Shown: positions 28,687 through 36,480 of the stretch, piece by piece | How the letters are laid out: each line of letters begins with the position of its first letter | How positions within the stretch are numbered: the stretch's first letter is position 1 | DNA from: Candidatus Omnitrophota bacterium | GTDB lineage: Bacteria; Omnitrophota; Omnitrophia; Omnitrophales; JACQLI01 | Length of the DNA: 64,000 nucleotides | Assembly (NCBI GenBank): GCA_016179745.1 | Contig: JACPCP010000014.1 | Location: 751-64,750, forward strand | Direction of reading: 5' to 3' | The notes under the pieces: generated by a model | Seen by the model: only the letters and a program-made list of their open reading frames with translations | Databases searched by the model: none | What the model was told of the DNA's origin: nothing | Program-made: the position numbers and the translations under genes

Positions 28687-30007
28687 TGGATTTCTCGCTT
28701 TCTTCGGGAAGGGGCTTTTCGAAATCAAGGCCCGTGGCCCGCACCAGATCGGCATGAGCCTTCAGGGCCTCGGTGGTGAACTGGACGTGGGAGAGCTTGG
28801 CGTTGAAATAGATGCGTTCGCTGTCGAGGAGATTCAAGAAGTCGGTCTTTGAGGCCTCGTAGCCGGCTTGGTCTGACTTTAAGGCCAGCTGGGCCTGGGG
28901 AATGACGGCCAGTTCATAGAGGTCCGCAATTTTCGCCGCCGAATCAAAACGGTAAAAGCTGTCTTTGACCTCAAAAAATGTTTCGTTCTTGGCCCGAAGC
29001 AAATCGGCCTTGCGGGCCTCTTCTAATTGTTTGGCTTCCTGGATTTCCGGAATAATCCGGTTCTGCCACAAGGGGACGTTAAATCGAATGGGGATCATCC
29101 AACTGTTTCCCTCTTTGTCGCTTCGGGTGTATTCGAAACCTACGTTCACGTCCGGAAGGTAGGCGAGTTTTGCGAGGCGCTTGGCGACGCCGCTCTTGGC
29201 GACTGCGGCCTCCGCCGCCTGAATTTCCTGACGGTTCTGGACCGCCAAGTTCACCAGTTCAACAAGAGTCAGTTTCAACACCGGTTTTCCCGGTAAAACG
29301 GCCTTCGCCATCGGTTCCATCGGGTCCCGGTTCAAAAGGGCATTGATGAGAGCGGCGGTGGACTCCCGCTGCTGCTTGAGTCCGTAGAGACGCTCCAAAC
29401 TCATCGAGACCTCAGCCTGGGCCTTGGCCACGTCTCTTTGCGCCCCGGTCAAATTGGAGTAACGGGCCTGGGCCACGGACTCAAACCGTTTGAGAAGGGC
29501 CTTGATCTCCTCAATGACGGCGATTGAGGCGTCCGTAAAATAAAGATCGTAATAGGCCTTGTTCAACCGGTTGACTACGTCCCGTTCGACCGCCAGGTAA
29601 CGGAAGCGGGCCCGTTCGGCCTCCTGCCTGGCCATTTTCCTTCTCCCGGCCAGTTTGACGGGAAAGGGGATTTCCTGCGACACCTCGAATTCCTTTTCCA
29701 TGTCTCCCGGGGCGATTCTCACCATGGGGTCCGGGAGGGACGAATCGATCCAGATCCGTTTTGTGGCGGCAAGCCACTCGGCCTTGGCGGAAAGGATTTC
29801 CGGATTCTCCCTTTTTGCATAGCGGATCAAAATCTCCAAAGGAACCGCTTCTAATTCTAGAGAGGGAGGGGCGGCAGGAGGTGGGGGGGCCTCGGGCTCC
29901 GCCCCGAAAGCCGGGGACCCCAGGAAGAATAGGAAAGGCAGAGCCAGCCCTAAAAACCCGAATCTGAAACTTTTTCTCCCGGGTTCCATCTTGCTCCCTT
30001 GTTCCAT
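28679..30007 (-). CDS. cusC: Outer-membrane efflux protein (TolC/CusC family)
   Basis: OEP-family repeats; signal sequence FRFGFLGLALPFLFFLGSPAFG. The start (30007 or 29989) is uncertain; the track ORF is over-extended. Confidence 0.85.
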   Translation of the reverse strand: MEQGSKMEPGRKSFRFGFLGLALPFLFFLGSPAFGAEPEAPPPPAAPPSLELEAVPLEILIRYAKRENPEILSAKAEWLAATKRIWIDSSLPDPMVRIAPGDMEKEFEVSQEIPFPVKLAGRRKMARQEAERARFRYLAVERDVVNRLNKAYYDLYFTDASIAVIEEIKALLKRFESVAQARYSNLTGAQRDVAKAQAEVSMSLERLYGLKQQRESTAALINALLNRDPMEPMAKAVLPGKPVLKLTLVELVNLAVQNRQEIQAAEAAVAKSGVAKRLAKLAYLPDVNVGFEYTRSDKEGNSWMIPIRFNVPLWQNRIIPEIQEAKQLEEARKADLLRAKNETFFEVKDSFYRFDSAAKIADLYELAVIPQAQLALKSDQAGYEASKTDFLNLLDSERIYFNAKLSHVQFTTEALKAHADLVRATGLDFEKPLPEESEKSNG

Positions 30008-30141
30008 CCTGCATCCCTCCTTTTCGAAAGACCCATGCACGGGGCCGACACTGCTTCTATTTATCGGCTCATTCGCCCTGCTCCTTCGACAACTTCTCGG
30101 CGCTCTTTCAGCCAAGTGCATGGGCCTCATTCCTCCAAAAC

Positions 30142-30441
30142 TCAATTTCCCTCTTGGAACAGGACGGCCGCTTTTGTTCCAAACGAGCGTCCGGGTTTCT
30201 CTTCCCGGATCCTTTCAGCCGAAAGCGTCGGCTGGGGAATCCGCCAAAGAAAGGCCTGGACCGGTTTCGTCGGCGAAAGCTGGCTGCTCGAAACCAAAAG
30301 GATGGGCCCCGGTTGGGACCTCCCTTGTTCCGGCTGGGCGAGCGCAGCCACCGTTTTCGTGGCTCCTTCAAGGGCCCACACGTTTCCCGCCGAAACCAGC
30401 GAGACCAGCGCTGCGACGACTGCGAACTTCATTGTTTTCAT
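30142..30441 (-). CDS. Small secreted hypothetical protein
   Basis: AAGGAGG RBS 8 nt before ATG 30441; signal peptide MKTMKFAVVAALVSLVSAGNVWA; no motif recognised. Confidence 0.6.
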   Translation of the reverse strand: MKTMKFAVVAALVSLVSAGNVWALEGATKTVAALAQPEQGRSQPGPILLVSSSQLSPTKPVQAFLWRIPQPTLSAERIREEKPGRSFGTKAAVLFQEGN

Positions 30442-30522
30442 TGGAACCGCCTCCTTTGTTGAATGGAACCGTTCCCCGAAGGCACACCCTGCCTTCAGGG
30501 TCAAACCAGAAAAGAAAGTGTT

Positions 30523-30885
30523 CTAGATTCGAAGAATCTGGAGAGCGAGATAGAGAGGGGTGTTGGAAGAAAGGACGGGCGGACCGGAATCAACCGCCCC
30601 CAAGAGGCTGTGAGCTGAAAAAGAAGACGGCTGCGTCACGGCTTGAAGGCCCGCTTCGGAAATCAAAAAAAGCCGGGGAGAAAGAGGAAGAGCGGCCTCG
30701 ATTTTTTCCAGCGTGCAGTTCTGACGGTCCTGATCCATCATCGGGCAGCAATCGGTATGGGAAGCCAGCGCCGGAAGTCCGGAGGAATCTCTCTCCACGG
30801 GTGGACAGCAGTCACAGGCCGAAGCCACGGCCGGAATGGCCAGCATCAAAAGAAGAATGAGTGAGATAATTTTTTTCATCGTCAT
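30523..30885 (-). CDS. Secreted Cys-rich protein (CDCCP / DCCP motifs), putative periplasmic copper-binding protein
   Basis: 120 aa; signal peptide MTMKKIISLILLLMLAIPAVASA then CDCCPPVERD...TDCCPMMDQDRQNC; ATGA overlap with the csoR stop. Confidence 0.65.
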   Translation of the reverse strand: MTMKKIISLILLLMLAIPAVASACDCCPPVERDSSGLPALASHTDCCPMMDQDRQNCTLEKIEAALPLSPRLFLISEAGLQAVTQPSSFSAHSLLGAVDSGPPVLSSNTPLYLALQILRI

Positions 30886-31163
30886 TTCCTGAATTTTGAA
30901 ATCAAATCCAGAATTTCGTTGAACTTTTCGTTCCGTTCCTTCGTGGAGCCGGAACGGACGGCGTGGCTCACACAGCCCTCCAAATGCCGCCTCAGGATAT
31001 TATTTTCGACCTTTTCGATCGCCCCCTGAATGGAATTTAAAAGCTGGAGGACGTCGACGCAGTAACGGCCTTCCTGAATCATCTTCTGGACGCCCCGGAC
31101 CTGGCCTTCAATCTTCCGGAGCCTTTCCAGTTCGTCCTTCTGCGACGGATAGGCGTTTGTCAT
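30882..31163 (-). CDS. csoR: CsoR-family copper-sensing transcriptional repressor
   Basis: Start at ATG 31163 (AGGTGA RBS). MTNAYPSQKDELERLRKIEGQVRGVQKMI...RYCVDVL...RHLEGC carries the C-H-x3-C Cu(I) ligand pattern of CsoR. Confidence 0.88.
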   Translation of the reverse strand: MTNAYPSQKDELERLRKIEGQVRGVQKMIQEGRYCVDVLQLLNSIQGAIEKVENNILRRHLEGCVSHAVRSGSTKERNEKFNEILDLISKFRK

Positions 31164-31180
31164 CTTTTTCACCTGCCGGA

Positions 31181-31210
31181 AAGATACCATACCCCCCCAG
31201 GGTATGTCAA
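31181..31210 (-). promoter_or_regulatory. Promoter of the csoR-cus operon with a CsoR operator between the -35 and -10 elements
   Basis: Minus strand reads TTGACA (31210-31205), 18 nt, TATCTT (31186-31181). The spacer contains ATACCC-CCCCA-GGGTAT (31189-31205), the GC-tract inverted repeat type described for CsoR operators. Confidence 0.7.
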
Positions 31211-31224
31211 GCTTCGGTTTATTT

Positions 31225-31392
31225 GGGTACACCACCGTAATTGCGGCCCCTTTCCCCTCTCCCTCTAAAGAGGGAGAGGGGCAGGGTGAGGGTGGAGCGT
31301 GGCGGCAACTGCCAATTCACCCCCTCACCTGAATCCTCTCCCCCAAGGGGGAGAGGAGAAAAATGAATCAGCGCAGCTACGGTGGTGCACCC
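31225..31392. repeat. 168-bp composite palindromic (MITE-like) element with about 21-bp terminal inverted repeats and two inverted copies of the CCTCTCCC/GGGAGAGG hairpin core
   Basis: Left end gggtacaccaccgtaattgcg (31225-31245) is the reverse complement, apart from 3 mismatches, of the right end cgcagctacggtggtgcaccc (31372-31392). Internal cores lie at 31254-31295 and 31318-31357 in opposite orientation. Confidence 0.7.
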
Positions 31393-31444
31393 CATTGATC
31401 TTGCCCTCTTGACTTACGGGTTCCCGTCCAGCATTATTCAATCG

Positions 31445-31466
31445 TTTAACAGTTAAATTATTTAAC
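31445..31466. promoter_or_regulatory. Overlapping perfect palindromes, candidate MarR operator
   Basis: TTTAACAGTTAAA (31445-31457) and GTTAAATTATTTAAC (31452-31466), between a TTGACT-17-CATTAT promoter-like sequence and the marR RBS. Confidence 0.5.
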
Positions 31467-31481
31467 TATTTGGAGGGGGCC

Positions 31482-31934
31482 ATGGCTGAGAGAGACAATT
31501 TCATCCGCACGTTTCGGGAGATCCAACCCAAGTTTTCACGCCTCCTGACCCGCATCCTGACAAAGGCCGACCTCACGCTGCCGCAATTTGCCCTTCTTAA
31601 TCAGCTCGTCAATTACGGAACGCTGTCGATGACAGAAGCGAGCGACAAACTCGGAATCACCAAGCCTGCGGTCACAAACCTCGTGGACCGCCTCGAAAAA
31701 AGCAAATGCCTGAAGCGGCTCCCCCACTCCCAAGACCGGCGGGTTTCCCTGCTCGAGATCCAGCCCCGGGGAGAACAGATCGTCCGTGACGCCCAGGCCC
31801 AGATTCTCCCGGTCCTTTTGAAAACACTCGACCGCTTTGGCGACGGAGAGAAAGAGACGATCGCCAGGTTTTATTCCCATCTCTCAAAAACCCTGGATGA
31901 AGTCTTGGAAAAAACCCGGGGCCGTAAAAAATGA
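31482..31934 (+). CDS. MarR-family transcriptional regulator
   Basis: About 150 aa; winged-helix region LTLPQFALLNQLVNYGTLSMTEASDKLGITKPAVTNLVDRLE. ATG 31482 is preceded by GGAGGGGG; the track start at 31470 is a TTG. Confidence 0.85.
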   Translation: MAERDNFIRTFREIQPKFSRLLTRILTKADLTLPQFALLNQLVNYGTLSMTEASDKLGITKPAVTNLVDRLEKSKCLKRLPHSQDRRVSLLEIQPRGEQIVRDAQAQILPVLLKTLDRFGDGEKETIARFYSHLSKTLDEVLEKTRGRKK

Positions 31935-33325
31935 ACCGGCCTTCAGGGGACAGTCCCCTTTTTCTGATTTTTATTTTTCTCCTTCCGATTTTGATGCTAA
32001 GCTCTTTTTCTGACCCTGCCTGGCCCATGGCCAAACGGCCTCCCGCCGAGGCCGGCACTCCTGGCGAGTTTTCCGCTGCGCCCGCAGAAGATCACACTTC
32101 TCAGAAACCTGAAGTTCCAAAACTCTTGACGCTCGAAGATTGTTTTGAACAGGCGAGGAAACGGAGCGAGACATTGGCCATCAAGGAGGAGGCCGTCAAA
32201 GAAACCACGGCCCAATTCCTTAAGGCGACAAGCGAGGCCCTGGGAGATGTTGATTTCGAAATGACCCGCCAGTTGCAGCAGGAGACAGTCGCTTCGGATC
32301 CTTCTTCGGTCGGGAGGGCCTTGGCCGATCCCGACCGCTTGGAGAGCAAATTTACGATCTCACAACCGATCTTTCAGGGATTCAAATCGCTCGGGGCCCT
32401 GGCCGGCGCCGGGAATCTTCGGAAACAAAGAAAAGCCGAGTGGCTCCGTGAAAAGGAGCTTTTGTTCCTCGAGGTGGCCGGGGTCTTCTACCGGATCCTC
32501 CGCCTCCACAAAGAGCATGAAACGTTGGAAAGGACCCATGAACTTTTTCGGGAACGAATCCGGGAACTCGAGGCCCGGGAAGCCATCGGCCGCTCCCGCT
32601 CGAGTGAAGTCCTCACCGCCCAAGCCCGAATGAAACTCATCGATTCGGACCGGGCCCGTCTTCAAGGCGATCTGAACCGGGCCAAACATATTTTTGAATT
32701 CCTGGTCGGCGTCCCGGCCGAAGCGGACCAGCTTCAGGAAGAGGAAATCAAGGAACCGGGCCGGGAGGAGCTGACCCGCCTTTTGCTTCAAGTCAATGAA
32801 CGTTCGGACGTGAAGGCGGCCGAGCGGGCCCTGAAGGTGGCCCGTCAGAATGTCACCGTCGCCCAGAGCGAACTCTGGCCCGAGGTGACGCTCGAACACA
32901 ACCAATGGCAGCGCCGGGAAGGGAGCCAGCCCGATATTGAATGGGACACCCTTTTCAAAGTCACGGTCCCCCTTTTCCGGGGCGGTGAGACGGCCGGCAA
33001 AGTGAAAGAGGCCTGGAGCCAGTGGAAAAAGGCCAGGCTCAACTACCGGCTCGTCAAACGCAAGGCGGTCCTTGATGTCAAGGAGGCCTTCGAGCTTTGG
33101 GCCAGCTCGCTTCGTGTCGCCCGCTTGCTGGAAGAGGCCCGCACCGCCTCTGAGGAAAATTACAAGGTCCAGAAAGAGGAATACTCGAGAAACCTCGTCA
33201 GCAACCTGGATGTTCTTGAGGCGCTCGAAGGATTTCATTCCACCGCCCGTGAGGCCCTTCAGGCCCATTACGAGATGAAACAAAATTATCGGGCCCTCGA
33301 GGTGGCGGCAGGGAGTGTCCCGTGA
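31931..33325 (+). CDS. Outer-membrane efflux protein (TolC family)
   Basis: 464 aa; OEP-type repeats; ATGA overlap with marR and GTGA overlap with the RND gene. Confidence 0.82.
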   Translation: MNRPSGDSPLFLIFIFLLPILMLSSFSDPAWPMAKRPPAEAGTPGEFSAAPAEDHTSQKPEVPKLLTLEDCFEQARKRSETLAIKEEAVKETTAQFLKATSEALGDVDFEMTRQLQQETVASDPSSVGRALADPDRLESKFTISQPIFQGFKSLGALAGAGNLRKQRKAEWLREKELLFLEVAGVFYRILRLHKEHETLERTHELFRERIRELEAREAIGRSRSSEVLTAQARMKLIDSDRARLQGDLNRAKHIFEFLVGVPAEADQLQEEEIKEPGREELTRLLLQVNERSDVKAAERALKVARQNVTVAQSELWPEVTLEHNQWQRREGSQPDIEWDTLFKVTVPLFRGGETAGKVKEAWSQWKKARLNYRLVKRKAVLDVKEAFELWASSLRVARLLEEARTASEENYKVQKEEYSRNLVSNLDVLEALEGFHSTAREALQAHYEMKQNYRALEVAAGSVP

Positions 33326-36300
33326 ATCTATCTGAAGTTTCCATCAAGAACCCGGTCTTCGCCTGGATGCTGATGCTCGGGCTGATGATCTTCGGACTCT
33401 TGAGCTTCCGGGGAATGGGGGTCGGGCAGATGCCGGACGTCGACTTCCCGGTCCTTTCGGTCAATGTCACCTGGGAAGGGGCGGCCCCGGAAGTCATGGA
33501 AACCGACGTTGTCGACATCCTTGAAGATGCGGTGATAGGGGTCGAGGGACTCCGGGAGGTGGCCTCCTCCACCCGTCAGGGACAGGCCGAGATCAACCTT
33601 GAGTTTGAACTGGAGCGGGATATCGACATTGCCCTCCAGGAGGTCCAGAGCAAAATCTCGGAAGTCCAACGCCGCCTCCCCCGGGACATTGAACCGCCTG
33701 TGATCATGAAGACGAATCCCGAGGACCAGCCGATCATGTGGGTCGGGGTCTCCACCACTCGTCCTTTAAGGGAACTCATGGAGTTCGTGGACAATCAGGT
33801 GAAGGACCGTTTCAAAACCATTTCCGGTGTCGGCGAAGTTTTTATGGGCGGGTTCCTTGAGCGAAATCTCAGGGTCTGGCTCGATCCCAAAAAACTCGAA
33901 GCCTATCAGCTGACGGTCGAAGACGTGATCGGAGCGATTCAAGAGGAGCACGTCGAAATCCCAGCCGGCCGGCTTGAGACCCCTGAAAAGGAACTCACGG
34001 TGCGGGCCATGGGCGAGGCCCGGAGCGTGCGGGATTTCCGGAAGATTGTCATCACCCGGCGGGGAGGGCAGCCGATCTACCGGCCCATTCCGCTCAAGGA
34101 AGTCGCCACGATTGAGGACGGGCTCTCGGATTTCCGGCGTCTCTCACGAGTCATGGGAAAACCGGCCGTGGGCCTTGGGATCCGAAAACAGCGGGGGGCC
34201 AACTCTGTTGACGTGGCAAAGAAAGTCCGCCAGCGGATGGAAGAAGTCCGCCGGGAGCTTCCGGAGGGTTTTGACATCAATGTCAATTTCGACAGCACCC
34301 GTTTTATTGAAGACTCCGTGCAGGAGCTGGTCTTTACCCTTTTGCTCTCCGCCCTTTTGACTTCGCTCGTCTGCTGGCTCTTTCTCGGCTCCTGGAGCAC
34401 CACGGTGAATATTCTCCTTGCGATCCCGACTTCCATCTTGGGAACTTTCATTGTGCTGAAGTTTTCAGGCTTCACGCTCAACACCTTCACGCTCCTCGGA
34501 CTCTCGCTCGCCATCGGAATCGTGGTCGACGACGCCATTATGGTGCTCGAAAATATTGTCCGCCACCGGGAGAAGGGAGACACCCGACTCGACGCCGCCC
34601 TCAAGGGGACCCAGCAGATCCAGTTTGCGGCACTGGCGGCCACGATCGCCATCGTCGCCATCTTCCTCCCGGTCGCCTACATGAAAGGAATCATCGGGAA
34701 GTTCTTTTTTCAGTTTGCCGTAACAATCTCAGCCGCTGTCCTGCTCTCACTCCTCGAGGCCCTGACCCTGACCCCGATGCGCTGCTCCCAGCTCCTTGAA
34801 ATCCAGGAAAGAAGGCCGGGGATTGGAAAGGATTTCGAATCGGGGATGAAACGACTCACCCATTTTTACCGCCAGACCCTGGATTTTGCGCTGGTCCGAA
34901 AAAAGAAAGTCCTCGTGGCGGCGGGCGGATTTTTCGTCCTCTCCCTGGTCCTCGTCCCTTTTCTCAGGAAGGAATTTGTCCCGGCGCAGGACCAGAGTAT
35001 GTTTCTCGTCCGGATGCAAACGCCGGTCGGCTCCTCCATGGCCTTCACGAGCGAACGTTTTAAAGAGGCTGAGGCCTTTGCCATGAACCGGCCCGAGATC
35101 CAGCGTTATTTCTGTGCCGTCGGGGGCTTTGGCGGCGGCGAAGTCAACACGGGGGTCCTTTTTGTTACGCTCAAACCGCCCCACAAGCGGCCGGTGGATC
35201 CGAAGCTCCACCGGCGTTTGAGCCAGCAGGAGATCATGGGAATCTACCGCAAAGAGCTCAATAAAATTGCCGGGGTTGAGAGGGCTGTGATTCAGGACCT
35301 TTCCACCCGGGGGTTTGCGGCCCAGCGGGGGTTCCCAGTGGAATTCACGGTGCGGGGGCCGGAGTGGGAGAAACTCGTCGGGTTTTCGGATGAAATCCAA
35401 AAGAAGATGAAAGAGACCGATCTTTTTGCGGACGTCGACACCGATTACCAGGCCGGGATGCCGGAAGTGAGGATTTATCCGGACCGGGACAAGGCCTTTG
35501 ACCGGGGCGTTTCGATCGGTTCGGTCGCACGGACGATCAACGCCATGATCGGAGGCCTCCCCGTGGCCAAATACACGAAGGGGGGCCGGCGCTACGACGT
35601 CCGGGTGCGGGTCCGCCAGGAAGAGCGGCAATCGGCCGACGACATCAAACGGCTCCTTGCCTGGAACAACCGGGGGGAACTCGTCCGCCTCGAAGAGGTG
35701 GTCAAGGTCGTCGAGACCTCGAGCCTTCTCGGCATCACCCGCCGGGGCCGGGAGCGGGCCATCGGACTTTTTGCCAACGTCACCCCGGGAAAATCACAGG
35801 CGGCGGCCCTCGACAAAGCAGCCAAAATCGGGCAGGAAATTCTTCCGGAGGGTTATCGCATCGTCTTCAGCGGCACGAGCCAGACCTTCCGGGAATCATT
35901 CCAAAGTTTGATCTTCGCCCTCTGGCTCGGGATCCTGATTTCCTACATGGTCCTCGCCTCTCAATTCAATCACCTGGTCCATCCTTTCACCGTGCTTCTC
36001 GCCCTCCCCTTTTCGATCTCCGGGGCCTTCTTTGCGCTTTGGATCGGAAACCAGTCGCTCAATATCTTCAGTATGATCGGGCTTCTGCTCCTGCTTGGAA
36101 TCGTGAAGAAAAATTCGATCCTCCTGGTGGAATTCACGAATCAGATGCGGGAGCAAGGAATGGGAACTTTGGAAGCGCTCAAGGCCGCCTGCCCGATCCG
36201 TTTTCGTCCGATTGTGATGACGTCCGTTTCGACGATTGCCGCCGCCATTCCTCCGGCTTTGGCCTGGGGCCCCGGCGCTGAAACCCGCATCCCGATGGCC

Positions 36301-36480
36301 ATTGCCGTGATCGGCGGTCTGGTGGTCTCGACCCTCCTCACCCTCTACGTCGTCCCCTGCGCCTATCTTGTCCTCGATCCTTTGGAACAAAAAGGAGAGG
36401 CCACCAAGCTTCTCCGCAGAGGAACCGATTTTCTTTATTCCTTCTTTCGAAGGCTCGCCACAAAAAAACCCTCCATCTGA
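33322..36480 (+). CDS. RND efflux permease (AcrB/HAE1-like)
   Basis: 1,052 aa; N-terminus SIKNPVFAWMLMLGLMIFGLLSF...PVLSVNVTWEGAAPEVMET and 12-TM organisation typical of AcrB-family pumps. Confidence 0.9.
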   Translation: MNLSEVSIKNPVFAWMLMLGLMIFGLLSFRGMGVGQMPDVDFPVLSVNVTWEGAAPEVMETDVVDILEDAVIGVEGLREVASSTRQGQAEINLEFELERDIDIALQEVQSKISEVQRRLPRDIEPPVIMKTNPEDQPIMWVGVSTTRPLRELMEFVDNQVKDRFKTISGVGEVFMGGFLERNLRVWLDPKKLEAYQLTVEDVIGAIQEEHVEIPAGRLETPEKELTVRAMGEARSVRDFRKIVITRRGGQPIYRPIPLKEVATIEDGLSDFRRLSRVMGKPAVGLGIRKQRGANSVDVAKKVRQRMEEVRRELPEGFDINVNFDSTRFIEDSVQELVFTLLLSALLTSLVCWLFLGSWSTTVNILLAIPTSILGTFIVLKFSGFTLNTFTLLGLSLAIGIVVDDAIMVLENIVRHREKGDTRLDAALKGTQQIQFAALAATIAIVAIFLPVAYMKGIIGKFFFQFAVTISAAVLLSLLEALTLTPMRCSQLLEIQERRPGIGKDFESGMKRLTHFYRQTLDFALVRKKKVLVAAGGFFVLSLVLVPFLRKEFVPAQDQSMFLVRMQTPVGSSMAFTSERFKEAEAFAMNRPEIQRYFCAVGGFGGGEVNTGVLFVTLKPPHKRPVDPKLHRRLSQQEIMGIYRKELNKIAGVERAVIQDLSTRGFAAQRGFPVEFTVRGPEWEKLVGFSDEIQKKMKETDLFADVDTDYQAGMPEVRIYPDRDKAFDRGVSIGSVARTINAMIGGLPVAKYTKGGRRYDVRVRVRQEERQSADDIKRLLAWNNRGELVRLEEVVKVVETSSLLGITRRGRERAIGLFANVTPGKSQAAALDKAAKIGQEILPEGYRIVFSGTSQTFRESFQSLIFALWLGILISYMVLASQFNHLVHPFTVLLALPFSISGAFFALWIGNQSLNIFSMIGLLLLLGIVKKNSILLVEFTNQMREQGMGTLEALKAACPIRFRPIVMTSVSTIAAAIPPALAWGPGAETRIPMAIAVIGGLVVSTLLTLYVVPCAYLVLDPLEQKGEATKLLRRGTDFLYSFFRRLATKKPSI

